DNA of 63,204 nucleotides, counting the filler, from Reclinomonas americana ATCC 50394 (lineage: Eukaryota), in NCBI GenBank assembly GCA_048213135.1. It is 5 parts of 2 records of this genome, joined end to end, with 100 filler letters (N's around TTAATTAATTAA, not from the genome) between each part and the next. Parts side by side here need not be neighbours in the genome. Positions count along the whole stretch, not along the records: positions 1 to 18,627 come from PS015747.1; positions 18,728 to 36,904 come from PS015747.1; 3 more parts are not named here. The stretch is one strand, 5' to 3'. Positions 1 to 18,954 of the stretch are shown here, one piece after another (positions within the stretch are counted from its first letter, which is position 1; the number at the start of each line of letters is the position of its first letter). A model generated the notes under the pieces. It worked only from the letters and a program-made list of their open reading frames with translations. It did no database searches and was not told the origin of the DNA. The position numbers and the translations under genes are program-made.

Positions 1-73
1 TCTCTCTCTCGTCTCCTCTCCTCTACCGTCTCTTCCTACTACTCGTACTACTCTACTCCTCCTCCTCCTCTCG

Positions 74-134
<61 letters not shown>

Positions 135-160
135 CGTCTCTCTCTCTATCTCTCCTTCTC
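1..160. repeat. (CT)n microsatellite / polypyrimidine tract
   Basis: Near-continuous CT dinucleotide run. Confidence 0.9.
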
Positions 161-427
161 TTGCGCATGCACCGCGCTGTCTTCGCCCCAGCCTTCACGC
201 TTTCCCCAAGCCATCTTATCTTGCTAGAGTTCTTCCTTTTGCCATCTCCTCCAACTCTTCTTCTGCTTTCGTCACCCTCAACCACTCTATTCCTCCTTCA
301 TCTCGCCTCCTTCTGTGTCTTTCTTCTCCTCATTTTCTCTCTCCCTCTCCCTCTCTTGTACATGCACCGCGCTGTCTTCGCCCCAGCCTTCACGCTTTCC
401 CCAAGCCATCTTCTCTCCCGTCTCTTC

Positions 428-680
428 CTCCTCATCTTCTCCTTCTTCACCCTCAGCCCTCACTTTCCCTCCATCTTCATCTCGCTTCCTTCTGTGCTCC
501 GTCTGCTCCTACTCTTCTTCTCCTTCTTCACCCTCAGTCCTCACTTCCCCTCCATCTTCATCTCGCTTCCTTCTGTGCTCCGTCTCCTCCTCCTCATCTT
601 CTCCTTCTTCACCCTCAGCCCTCACTTTCCCTCCATCTTCATCTCGCTTCCTTCTGTGCTCCGTCTCCTCCTCCTCTTCT
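428..680. repeat. 81-bp tandem repeat, ~3 copies
   Basis: Unit cttctccttcttcaccctcag...ccttctgtgctccgtct recurs; visible as a 27-aa period in spurious ORF 161..868. Confidence 0.85.
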
Positions 681-771
681 TCCCCTTCTTCTCTCTCCCC
701 TCCCTTCCCTCCTCCTTCCTCCCTTCTCCTTCATCTCTTTCCCTCCATCTCCCTTCTCCCTTCTCCCTATT

Positions 772-922
772 ACCACGCAACATGCTGCGCCGACATCGAC
801 CCACTCGGCGCCGTCAGCATTGTCAAATCGAGTTCCGGTCGCGCCATGCCCGAAGCCGGCGTCGGTAATCGCGTATTCGGACTGCTGCCCTGATCCAGCT
901 TCATCACTCGCCGCCTCTCCCG
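772..922 (-). CDS. isolated probable exon of an unidentified gene
   Basis: GC-balanced island between microsatellites, preceded on the minus strand by a pyrimidine tract + TAG acceptor; reads RERRRVMKLDQGSSPNTRLPTPASGMARPELDLTMLTAPSGSMSAQHVA. No homology recognised. Confidence 0.3.
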
Positions 923-966
923 CTACAGTGAAGGAGGAGAGAGAGATAATGAGAGAGAGAGATAAT

Positions 967-1005
<39 letters not shown>

Positions 1006-2035
1006 GGAGGGAGGGAGGGAGGAGAGAGAGTGTGTGTGTGTGAGAGACGAGGNNNNNNNNNNNNNNNNNNNNNNNNNNNNNNNNNNNNNNNNNNNNNNNN
1101 NNNNNNNNNNNNNNNNNNNNNNNNNNNNNNNNNNNNNNNNNNNNNNNNNNNNNNNNNNNNNNNNNNNNNNNNNNNNNNNNNNNNNNNNNNNNNNNNNNNN
1201 NNNNNNNNNNNNNNNNNNNNNNNNNNNNNNNNNNNNNNNNNNNNNNNNNNNNNNNNNNNNNNNNNNNNNNNNNNNNNNNNNNNNNNNNNNNNNNNNNNNN
1301 NNNNNNNNNNNNNNNNNNNNNNNNNNNNNNNNNNNNNNNNNNNNNNNNNNNNNNNNNNNNNNNNNNNNNNNNNNNNNNNNNNNCTCTCTCTCTCTCTCTC
1401 TCTCTCTCTGTACGTCACTCAACATTAGGCACAAACGTGTACGCCGTCGCCGGCACATCACCACCACCATTCGTCGCAGTGTCATCATCGACCGACATGA
1501 TCGCGCCACTCATCGCATCACGATCGCCGCCGACATTGCGCGACGAGAGCGCACTCACTCGTGACCGCGCAGTCATTCCACCAACACCACCAACTCGCCT
1601 CTTCGCAACCCGAACAAATGACTGGCCGAGTCAAACCAACAGAAAGCAAGTGCGACTGTTTTGCAAAGGCATACACTCCCAATCTCTCCGCCTCCGTCTC
1701 CCCTTTCTTTCTTTTTAGCGAGAAAAAAAGATTGAAAAACGACGACGACGACGACGAGAGACAAGAGATGCGAAGCTCAAGGGGCATCCAAAGCACAATA
1801 TATAAAAAAACAAAAGGGATAAATAATGAGCGGTGCAGGAGAGAGAGAGAGATAGCGGAGACGTGAAGCAGCAGAGTGGAGGGTAGAATCTTCCCTCCAC
1901 CCCACGCCTCACGCGCCACGCCACCCCCACACCCCCACACACACACTCAGATGAAGTTTAAAGGGCGTGTGCAGAACGAATAAGAGGTGACAGCAGGGTG
2001 CTCATCACAGCCCGTCGCGATGCACTGGGGGCAAT

Positions 2036-2777
2036 TCAGGCAGCCGGCGGCGCCTTGATGCCAAAGTTGTCGGGCATGCCACCATGCTCCACCATCTCGA
2101 CCAGGTTCTGGCCTGTAAAAAATCACGGAAAAATATCACATAGTCAGTCATCAACCGTCTTGTTGGATGAGAAAAAAGAGACACAAACCGATGAAGCACG
2201 GCATGCAGCACCACGAGAGCAGGCAGTCCATGGTGTTGTCCGACTGTGTGTGTTTCGCAAGCAAGTCACGTCAGCACATACACAAACTGACCAACTCATC
2301 AACAAACGCAACGTCGTAGCCGTTCTTCTTGCGGTAGCCCTGGCGCAGCTGGTAGGGGTTGGCGCCTGTTACATAGTAAAAAAAAAAAGGAAGTGTAAGT
2401 ATGATGATGACGATGACAATGAATAGATTGCGCGCGAAAAATCATGTGAAAAAAACGCAACAGCAGATGTAATCGTGCCACGTCACCTCGCGACCGTCAA
2501 GCCACGTGCTGCGAAGAGAGAGAGAGCCAGTGCGAGTGAGTTCGAAAGCGTGCGAACAAAGATGTCGCGAATGTCTCGCTCCCCCACACCACACTCACCG
2601 GGCCTGAGCGTTGGGGATGCAGTAGCAGCACCATGCGCACAGGCACAGACGCGGCTTGCCAAAGCAGGAGAACTGTTGCGGAAAAAAACACACACAATAC
2701 GTCACTCACTTTGTGTCATGATGCATTCCACACACACAGCAAAACGCAACGATCGAGGCCTCAAACGCCTTGCCCAT
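2036..2777 (-). CDS. PLAC8-family (Cys-rich) protein, 6 small exons, ~110 aa
   Basis: Manual splicing gives MGKAFEASI|FSCFGKPRLCLCAWCCYCIPNAQAR|TWLDGREVTWHDYIC|CANPYQLRQGYRKKNGYD|SDNTMDCLLSWCCMPCFI|GQNLVEMVEHGGMPDNFGIKAPPAA*. All phases are compatible, and the FSCF..C...CCxC, R...R.K.G and DC...CC.PC...Q pattern is the PLAC8 signature. Confidence 0.85.
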
Positions 2778-3257
2778 TGTAGATGATCAAGAGTCTGCGT
2801 GCGCGCGGAGAGAGAGTGTGAGCGAGACGGTTGACGTTTGATAGGTCAGTTGAGAGAAAGCAAGGCGTCAGTTGAGCAGGAGTTGGGATAAGCAACAGGT
2901 GCACACACACACAAAAAGGCGCGCATAGTGGGGCGCGGAGGAAGAGAAAGAGCGGAAAAAGGGGGGCGAGGGGGAAGGAAAAGGGACCGAAACATGGCCG
3001 AAATGTGCCCAGGCGACTCGCCACACAAAAACGTGACGCAACACACAAAAAAACACAAAACAAGAAAACGGTGTCATGGCAACGCAGAGAAGGCAAGGCG
3101 GCAGAAGAAAAGAAGAAGAATGAGAGAGAGAAAAAAAGTTGCATCGTCATCGCATGATGCAGAGATGCGATGCGCGCGCAAAAACACAAACCTTTCAAAT
3201 GATGAGTGACAAAAGCCGCGACGCGAGCCACATTGTGATTGTCACAACCCCAATGCT

Positions 3258-6200
3258 ATGCGCGATGTGAGCAGCCTCCTCGCCTCGCCTGTCTACGGCC
3301 TCGTGCAACAGCTGAACAATGCCTGTGACGATGGCGAGTACATTCGCCTGCTCGTGCACGAGATGCCGGCGGAGGTGGCGGCGCGAGTGGCGGCTGCTCC
3401 GTTTGTGCGCGCAAAGGCCACGCAGTGTGTGCGGCGTGTCGTGGCGGCGTGGCGTGCGGCGGAGATGAACAGGTCGATGTCGACGACGGCGGTGGAGGAC
3501 AACGGCAAGTCGCAGCAGTGGTTGTTGCAGACGTTGCGTGGCGGAGACAACTCGCAAACTGATAAGTGATTGACGCCCGATGCACACAGTGCGCATCCGT
3601 TCCCGCACCTGGCTGCGCTGATGGCCACCACCACTGATGCCAGCAGCAGCGGTAGCAGTAACGACGATAGGGAGCAGCGAGTGACGGCACTGGTGGAGGA
3701 GTGTGCTGCAGAGGTGGGCGAGGATGTTCTGCTGCTCTCGGCTCATGTGCCGTCGCTGTTGGCGGTCACGCAGGCGTGGTTGGCGCTACCGGAGGAGGCT
3801 GCTGCTGTGGCGGTTGATGCAGCGCACGTGGCGCAGGAGCTGTCTGCGATCGGGCGTCATTTGCGACGAGCGGCTGTGGTGTGTATCGCGATTGCATTGT
3901 TGGTGTGCCTCTTCGGCGATGTGACAGTGACGATGCAGGTGCCGCCGGTGTTGTTCCCGCGGCCTCCGTCGCTGCGATTGCCTCCGTGTCCTCCGCTCCC
4001 ACTAGCCGCGAGTGTGGGGAGCACGTTTGGTGTGGCGATGAGAGTGATGCAGCGGTCGCGAGCGCAGCTGGGCGATCGGGAGGAGGCACTGCGTCGTGCC
4101 TGGCGTCACTGCCAGCAGCTGGAGAATGCCACCGATCCCGCCAGTGTCTTTGGTGGGTCGAGGACGCCGCGGTGAGTGAAGAGAAAGAAGAGGGACAGGA
4201 GATTAGGGATTCTTGTCGCTCCTTCCCTCAAAGTGTGTGCTTACCAAACCACAGCCTCGATCCCACCACACTCGGGGCTTCCACAGCGCAAGTCGGTCGC
4301 CAACTGGCGTGGGAGCTCACGGAACAGCGACGCCGTGCTGTTGCCTGGCCGGGTGCGTCATTACCGTCACTCCACTCGTTTCTTCCTTCCCCTCACTGTG
4401 CGCTGCAGTGTGGCGACAGTTGTTGATCGATTGCATGATGACACCGCGTGCGCTCCTGTTAGCGCGCTCATCACTCGCTCGATGGGTGGCAAGGCTATTG
4501 GTTTCCTTGCAGCTCCCGCGTGCGTGCCTTGCTGTCGTGTCCAGTGCGCGCATACGACCGAATCGAGCGCGATGCTTGGTGTGGCTGGTGCTTGCGTGGC
4601 TCTACTATTCTTCTCTCCGTCAGTCCCCGCCACCTGCCGCACCCGCCGCGAATGCAGACACAACTCCGCCCGTGGACACCACGGTGGAGGCCGCCGTACG
4701 AGATTTGCTCGAATCTGCGGAAGAGACCAGGAGGAGTCAGCCGAGTGGTGAGTGTGTATGTGCGCACGGTCAGGCTTCAACACGTTTCCTTCGTAAGTGA
4801 CCTTGTGTTGCAGCACACTTGGAGGCTCTGTGCGACTACATAGACCGTGAACTCGTCAGCGCGGCGTCTGGCAGCATGCACTCGCAGCCGACGCACCATG
4901 CAGCCTCCGAGTTGCTTGTGCATCTAGTGGGCGATGTCACACGCGAGCGTGAGGATGATGAAAGTGCGTCTCGTGGTTCTCTGGGTGATGCATGTTTGCC
5001 ATCTCTCACCATATCCCGAGCCCATTGCAGACGTGGTCACCGTCGGCAACTTGCGGGAATTCTCTGACGGCGCGCTGCTGCTGGCGACCCTCTGCAGCTG
5101 CTTGCGACCCTTGGTCGACATGCAAGTACCGGAGGTTGTGCTTTCGGCTATGCACGCGGTGCTGTTGAGTGTGGTGGCGGTGGGTGTCGACGACGGTTCT
5201 CTGCTGTGTCGCATTCGTGAAGTGCGCCTGCGACTTGTGGATGCACTACATGTGCTCGCCTCATGGCTGCGTGAGAGCCACGGCAGCATGAACGGTTTGT
5301 GTTCCTCACCTCCGCCATGTACGGCAAGCACTGTTGTGTTCACTGCGATCTCTCTCTTTGTAGACGATGGCATAAATCAGTTGTTGGAGTGGACGGCAAT
5401 GCGCGATTGCTGCGGTGTGCTGCCGTTTGGTGACCCGAGTGACGGGTCGGCGTTGTGGTACGTGCAGAGATCGACAAACAAGATGATGATTGCGAGATGC
5501 GTGCTTACTGGCGCGCTCAGGTACCCGTCGCTGTATGATCCCACAATCGGTCGATTTCGCGCCTTTCTGCCGCTCACTCCGGTCGTGCATTCGCGCCACC
5601 TCGGTATGTGTGTAGTACGCGCGGATGGGTCGGTGGTGCGCCTTTCTCATGCAATCTACTTGGTGACAAAAAGAGAGCGAAGCGGTGGACGACGTGTTGC
5701 TGGCAACATGCGATCGCGCCGTCCGCGACATTCTCCCGTGTGCCACCAAAATGGGACACGAGTTGCTGCGCGGCAACGGTGTGCTGCTGCAACCAGATAC
5801 GTCGCCCATCAATGTGGCCTTTGTGAGGTGCGATTCCACCAAAATGCGCGTTTTGGTGCCCACACTCCTTGACATTACGCACCCGCAGAACGGATCGCGC
5901 TGAGACTCACATGAGTGGAGGTGCGGGCGGGCGCGATCCGCACTTGACCGCCAAACACGTCATGCAGTCACTTTTTCGTGTGTTGGTGGCGCCTGTCGTG
6001 GACAAGTTTCGAGACGTGCTGGCAGTCGACGACACCGACTTGGTACGCATGCATGTTTGAGTGGCACGCGCGTGCCACACGCTCATTTGGCATCACCTTT
6101 CGTGCCCACAGCACTTTGCTCGACAAATGGCGCACGACGCGAAGCGTGTGTACTTGGGTCGTGTGTTGCATGCCGACGAGGATCGGCGAACTGCGCTGCT

Positions 6201-8567
6201 GACAGAGTTGACATCCTGCGTGCCGCTAGTGCAATCGCACATTGCGAACGCACTGTGCGCTGGCGATGCTGCGGTTGAGCAGCTCGGCGACATTCTCTCG
6301 CAAGTGTGGTCACTGCTGGTGTACCCGCTGTTGGTTGACATGCGCGCCTCTCGACTGTGGCAAAAATCTGCATTGCCGTCAGGCGAATCGCCGTCCATGT
6401 TGGCACACCATTTGTGCGACACGACGCTTCTCGGTCGACTGCTTGAGCAGGTTGACTTGCAGCTGCCGCTGGTGCACGGCGTGCGATGCGTGGACGAGTC
6501 AGCGGCGAGAACCCAGTTCGCGGGGGGTGCCGTTCGTCGTGGTGAGTCCACCGAGTGCATTTCCGTCATCGACCCCATGCCCACTGGATTGCACAGGTGT
6601 TATTGAGGCTGGAGAAGAGTGGCAGGCAAGTCGGCAGGCTGAGCTGGGTGCGTTGTTTGTGAGAAGGACGGGGAGCCGAGTTGTGTTGTTGAGCTGAATT
6701 ACTTTTCTCATTCTCACAACACAGTGATGCGCGAGGCCACGGTGGCGGCCTCGGCCAGCCTGCTGTTACAGTCGCCTCGCGAACAACAACCGAAAACGGA
6801 TGTGCTAGCAGCCGCGCTGGAGGAGCGACGGCGTTCACGATTCACCGAAGCCGATGCGGCATTCTTGCAGGTTTGCTGTTGCGGCACACTCTTACGTCGA
6901 CTTCCGTGATCTCACCGCGTTGTCGGTGCAGTTTCTGAGCGACATGAATCGCCCTGCCTCGGTATATGTGCTGGTGAGGAGTCAGCATCCGGAGTTGTGG
7001 AATCGCACGGTGGAAGCATACCACCAGTGCCGCGGGCTGGCCATCGACCACCTCATTGCATGGTTGGCAGAGAGCTGCGTGCGCGGACAATGTACGGAGA
7101 TGCAAGCACGGTCCTCCCAGCAGCAAACGCTGCTGGACGTGTTGCAGTGGTGGGCGTGTGAGGTCGACGTCACCTTGTTGACCGTTGCTGCCGAACATCA
7201 GTCGCCGCCAGCGACTGTTGCGCTGCAGCGCATCGTTACTGACCAGTCGATGACGGGCAGCAGTGGTGCATCTGCGTCGAGAGGCAGCACATTTGGAGAT
7301 GAAGTGGCACGATTTGTGGCGCTTCATGCGGCAGTGGGATCGGATTGGTGGACAGTGTTGCGCGATGCTGTCGATCGTCTCAATCATCGACTGTGGCGGT
7401 GGCGGGATCAGCAGCAGTTTATTGCGGTTTCGTTCACCTCCGTCTGCCACCACTAATGCTTGTGGTAGGAGTGTTGAATGCAGCCTGTGCAGGATGAGGA
7501 ACAATTCTGCCACTGGCAGGCGGTGCCGGCGGGTGGTGATGAGGTATCATCGCTCGCTGAAACACAGACAACTGTGATTTCGTATCTGGTTGCCGCCGTG
7601 CAGCATCAGGCCACCTGGCTGTCGCTGCGCATGCTGCGCGATGGGCGATTTCTGCACGCAGTGGAGGATGGAGACGATGCTCGCAAACGTGCAGAAGGCA
7701 ACACTGACGGTGGCAACGCCTCGTTGCCACCGGTGGTGTTTGGCGCTCAGTCCGCAGCGTCGCTGAGTGAGAGTGGTGGCGAGTACACGGTATCGCGGGA
7801 GGTTTGTCTCTCTCTCTCTCGTGGAGATGAACATGATTTGTCGTGCTTTGTTGCTCATCGCCGACTTGCGAACAAGTTGCACGACCTGGCTAACGCTTGT
7901 CGCTCGCGAGGCATTCCAGGTGTGTATGTTGGAGGAGGAGAAGGGGGCGTTGGTTTTGCAAGAGCAGATGATGCTGCTTGATCGCTCAACATGTGTGTCA
8001 GTGCCCAGCGAAGCAAAACTGGAGCCGACACATGGACTGGTGCTCTGCAGTGTCGTGCGCCAGTTTGTACCGTCGGTAAACGATGAGCTGGCGTGGCGAC
8101 GGCTGGAGGCTGTTCGTGGGCGCCGGAAATGCCCGTCGACGACATACCGATCGCCTGTGAACTGGCGGCACGACGTTCTCTGGCTGGAGAAGTTGATCAA
8201 TCTGCCAATGACACCTCAGGTGAACCACTGGCTTTTGTTTGCACTCTGTGTTGTCGATACTGAGAGAATTGTTGCAGAGGCGACAGCAGCTGCTCGACAC
8301 ATACATTACAAGGTCGCTGTGGCCGCGGGCCACTTGGGCTGCCGTGTGTGCGTACGAGACCGCCGAGGGCCTGTTTGCACGTCAGCATTCAGTAAACGCA
8401 GCGTGGTGGAACCGGCATGCTGCGGCTGCGCGGTGAGTACATCCCCAATTGCTTCATGGTTGTGTGATCGCTCTCTGATCCTCACTCATTATCACAGCAA
8501 TGTTATCTGGCAACTGGCATTGGAGAGCAGTGACGCCACCACACAACCAGAGACCGCAGCCAGGTGA
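3258..8567 (+). CDS. large multi-exon hypothetical protein (possible calponin-homology-like segment near 4960-5125)
   Basis: Chain of long plus-strand open frames (3258, 3570, 4934, 6061, 6854, 7478, 7767) separated by short GT..AG introns; ATG at 3258, TGA at 8567. Exact structure, and whether it is one gene, are uncertain. Confidence 0.55.
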
Positions 8568-8714
8568 TATACTTTACCTCTGGCCAGCTCAGTAGTGCGG
8601 GAAGAAGGCCGCTTTGGCGGCAGAAAGCAGCCCGCAGTCGACTGATGTCTCTTCGGTTTGTGCGTGATGGCTAGCCCCGGAGACTGTGTAATAAAAGTCG
8701 TAATTCATAATAGA

Positions 8715-8782
8715 AATAGAGACTTCACTGATCCATACACAACAAAGAGCATCTGCCAGTGATCGCCAACAAATCTCGTGTG
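8715..8782. repeat. 68-bp dispersed element, copy 1
   Basis: 64/68 identical to 54436-54503. Confidence 0.85.
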
Positions 8783-8810
8783 TATTTATTAAGATCTCAA
8801 CCAGCGACTA

Positions 8811-16434
<7,624 letters not shown>

Positions 16435-16473
16435 TCGTTGCAATCAATCAGTGTCCTGCAGCTCCGTCGTTTT

Positions 16474-17463
16474 TCACTCCTTGCTCTCCACCTCACGCAC
16501 CAACACCCACGCCGCCACGGCCGCCAGCACATGTCGCACAGCGTGCCCGCTCACCACACCAAACGTAACGGCGTACACGGGCTTGTCGACGACGTCCGCC
16601 AGCTGGCACAGCGCAAAGAGTGCCAACGCCGCGAGCACCGCCGGTGTACGCAGCAGCGGTGAGGCCACGTGACGCAGTTGCCCGTGCGCTCTCGGCCGCG
16701 CCATCCGAAAGTGCGCGTGTCGTTCGTATGCATCGTCGCTGCCGCCGCCGTCGTCGTCGTCGCGCGCAGCCAGCCAGCTCTCGAAGCTGTCGTCGGGGAA
16801 GAGCCAGAGGGTGGCGAGGAGCACGGCAATGGAGCCGAATTGCGCCAGGCCGTAAAGTCGCAAGTCGCCGCGACCTTGCAGCTCGCTGTGGCGCCAGTAC
16901 CACGTGCAGAGTGCGGCCGTGAGTGGCAGCGCCCAGCACACGAGTCGACTGGCTCGGAAGGAGACGCGTTCGACGAGCGTCGCCGCCAGCACCGAGGCAA
17001 TGGTGACGGCCATGCATACGCGATCCCAGAAGAGACGCGGGGTGTCGGGCGCCCAATGGTAGTACGCCGAGCCGAGACCGACGGCGGCGGTGCCGGCAAA
17101 GAGCGACAGGAGCGACCACAGCAGTGGGCCCTGGATGTGACCGTCGCTGGAGCGATCGCGCAGAACCACGGCGATGCCCCACAGACCGACCAGCAGGAGC
17201 GGCAGGTTGGAGATCACGTTGAAAAAGTTGGGAATGCCCAGCAGTGTGCGCTGGTCGGCAAACGAGTGGTAGGTGTCCCACTGTGGGATGCGTGGCACAA
17301 AGAGCAGCACTAGCAGCACCAGCTGGGCGGCCATAGAGACCAGAAGCGCTTGGCGGGTGGACAGGGACAGTCGGTGTGCGGTGGTGGTGGTGGATTTCAT
17401 CGCCTTGCGCACTGCGCGCGGGACGAGGCGCGGGAGGCGGAGGAGTGGGGAGGGGAGGTGCAT
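16474..17463 (-). CDS. alkaline (phyto)ceramidase-like CREST-superfamily membrane hydrolase, uninterrupted CDS
   Basis: IPQWDTYHSFADQRTLLGIPNFFNVISNLP N-terminal motif, GSAYYH (SxxxH), LFWDR, GDLRLYGLAQF, SGHAVRH (HxxxH), about 7 hydrophobic segments. Start is either 17463 or 17400. Confidence 0.88.
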   Translation of the reverse strand: MHLPSPLLRLPRLVPRAVRKAMKSTTTTAHRLSLSTRQALLVSMAAQLVLLVLLFVPRIPQWDTYHSFADQRTLLGIPNFFNVISNLPLLLVGLWGIAVVLRDRSSDGHIQGPLLWSLLSLFAGTAAVGLGSAYYHWAPDTPRLFWDRVCMAVTIASVLAATLVERVSFRASRLVCWALPLTAALCTWYWRHSELQGRGDLRLYGLAQFGSIAVLLATLWLFPDDSFESWLAARDDDDGGGSDDAYERHAHFRMARPRAHGQLRHVASPLLRTPAVLAALALFALCQLADVVDKPVYAVTFGVVSGHAVRHVLAAVAAWVLVREVESKE

Positions 17464-18493
17464 TGCTGCGTGGGGTGGGGGAAAGAAAGAAGAGGGAGAG
17501 AATGCGGAGGAAAGGCAGAGGATTCAACTGGAGCGACGGGGGAATCGATATTTTGTACAATTGTTGTCGTGGTCGGAGAAAAGTGGGGACGTGGGGGATG
17601 TGGTCGTGATGCCAACAACTGCAGCAGTAGCTGCTGCATGACCACCATCTCGAGTATGTCTGCTCCAGAACCGGAAATGAATCACGACAACAACACTGTG
17701 TCTGGTCAACGTCGCCTTCAACCCTTAGCCTCTTGTTTCTCACTGTGAGGCCAGCGGTCAGTGTGGCTGTCGCAGTGTTGATATCATTGCTGCTGCAACA
17801 ACAACAACAACTGCGCCTACCACCTGCTCAAGCCACCACCGATATGAGCCTCACCAACAACATGACAAGCTCTCTTCTGTGTCTTCCACGCCACGCCACT
17901 GCTTTTGCTTTAAATTAATATCTTTGCCTGCTTCACGGATCCGGACCCGGCTTTGCTTTGTTTGCCTGGCTTATGGCCTTTTCCCCAATCCGATGTGCCG
18001 TGTACGATCGCAGAAAACGCTATGCGTCTATAAGTGCGTCAAATCCACTGGTCAACCACGCTTATGCGGTGAAGATTGCGATTCTCGACGTGTTCAGAAG
18101 GTCCGAGATCGCGAGCACACACAAGGAAACCTGCCTGCCCTCAAGGCTTGTGTATTTGTTGTTGTTTTGAATACGTGGTCTTGGTCATCAAGACGGCTGT
18201 TGCTTGGTTAATGAAGAATTGTTGCATGTTGCTGCATTCGACATCGGAGCCGCGGGCAGCGCGCGATTGCTGCTTCCGGTGACGTCGATCTCTTCAATTC
18301 GGTCATACAGCGCTGCGCTTGGCCGGGATTGCAGCATTCTTATGATTAGCGTAGCTGCACTGAGTCTCGGTGGCTGCAGGGCTGCGACGTTCTTTGGGTC
18401 AATCGATCGACTGATCGTGTCCTACGACAAAACCGAGTCCGTCAGCGCACAGTCGCAAACTTAAGTCAGCGTGGTATTGGTAGCAGAGGCATG

Positions 18494-18537
<44 letters not shown>

Positions 18538-18671
18538 TTTTCACACTCATGTCTAAAATCACAGCACACATCACCAGCTTGCATGGCTTGTGCGCAAGGC
18601 GCGCATGGCCGAGTGCCAACAGCCAAGNNNNNNNNNNNNNNNNNNNNNNNNNNNNNNNNNNNNNNNNNNNN

Positions 18672-18683
18672 TTAATTAATTAA
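18672..18683. other. artificial six-frame-stop contig linker
   Basis: TTAATTAATTAA between two 44-N runs (100 nt in total). Confidence 0.95.
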
Positions 18684-18730
18684 NNNNNNNNNNNNNNNNN
18701 NNNNNNNNNNNNNNNNNNNNNNNNNNNCTC

Positions 18731-18818
<88 letters not shown>

Positions 18819-18845
18819 CTCGTCGTCGTCGTCTCTCGTCTCGTC

Positions 18846-18923
<78 letters not shown>

Positions 18924-18954
18924 GTTGTCGATTTATGCTCACGCTGTCTCACAG

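Noticed and set aside
161..868. 235-aa hydrophobic ORF
   Set aside because: Product of CT-rich low-complexity sequence and an 81-bp tandem repeat.
17733..18464. Signal-peptide-like ORF as the start of the cadherin-like gene
   Set aside because: No in-frame ATG or convincing splice path, and it is separated from the gene by an artificial linker.
18672..18683. Palindromic TTAATTAATTAA occurring four times (piggyBac TTAA or regulatory site?)
   Set aside because: Always centred in a 100-nt N block and gives stops in all six frames, so it is an assembly linker.
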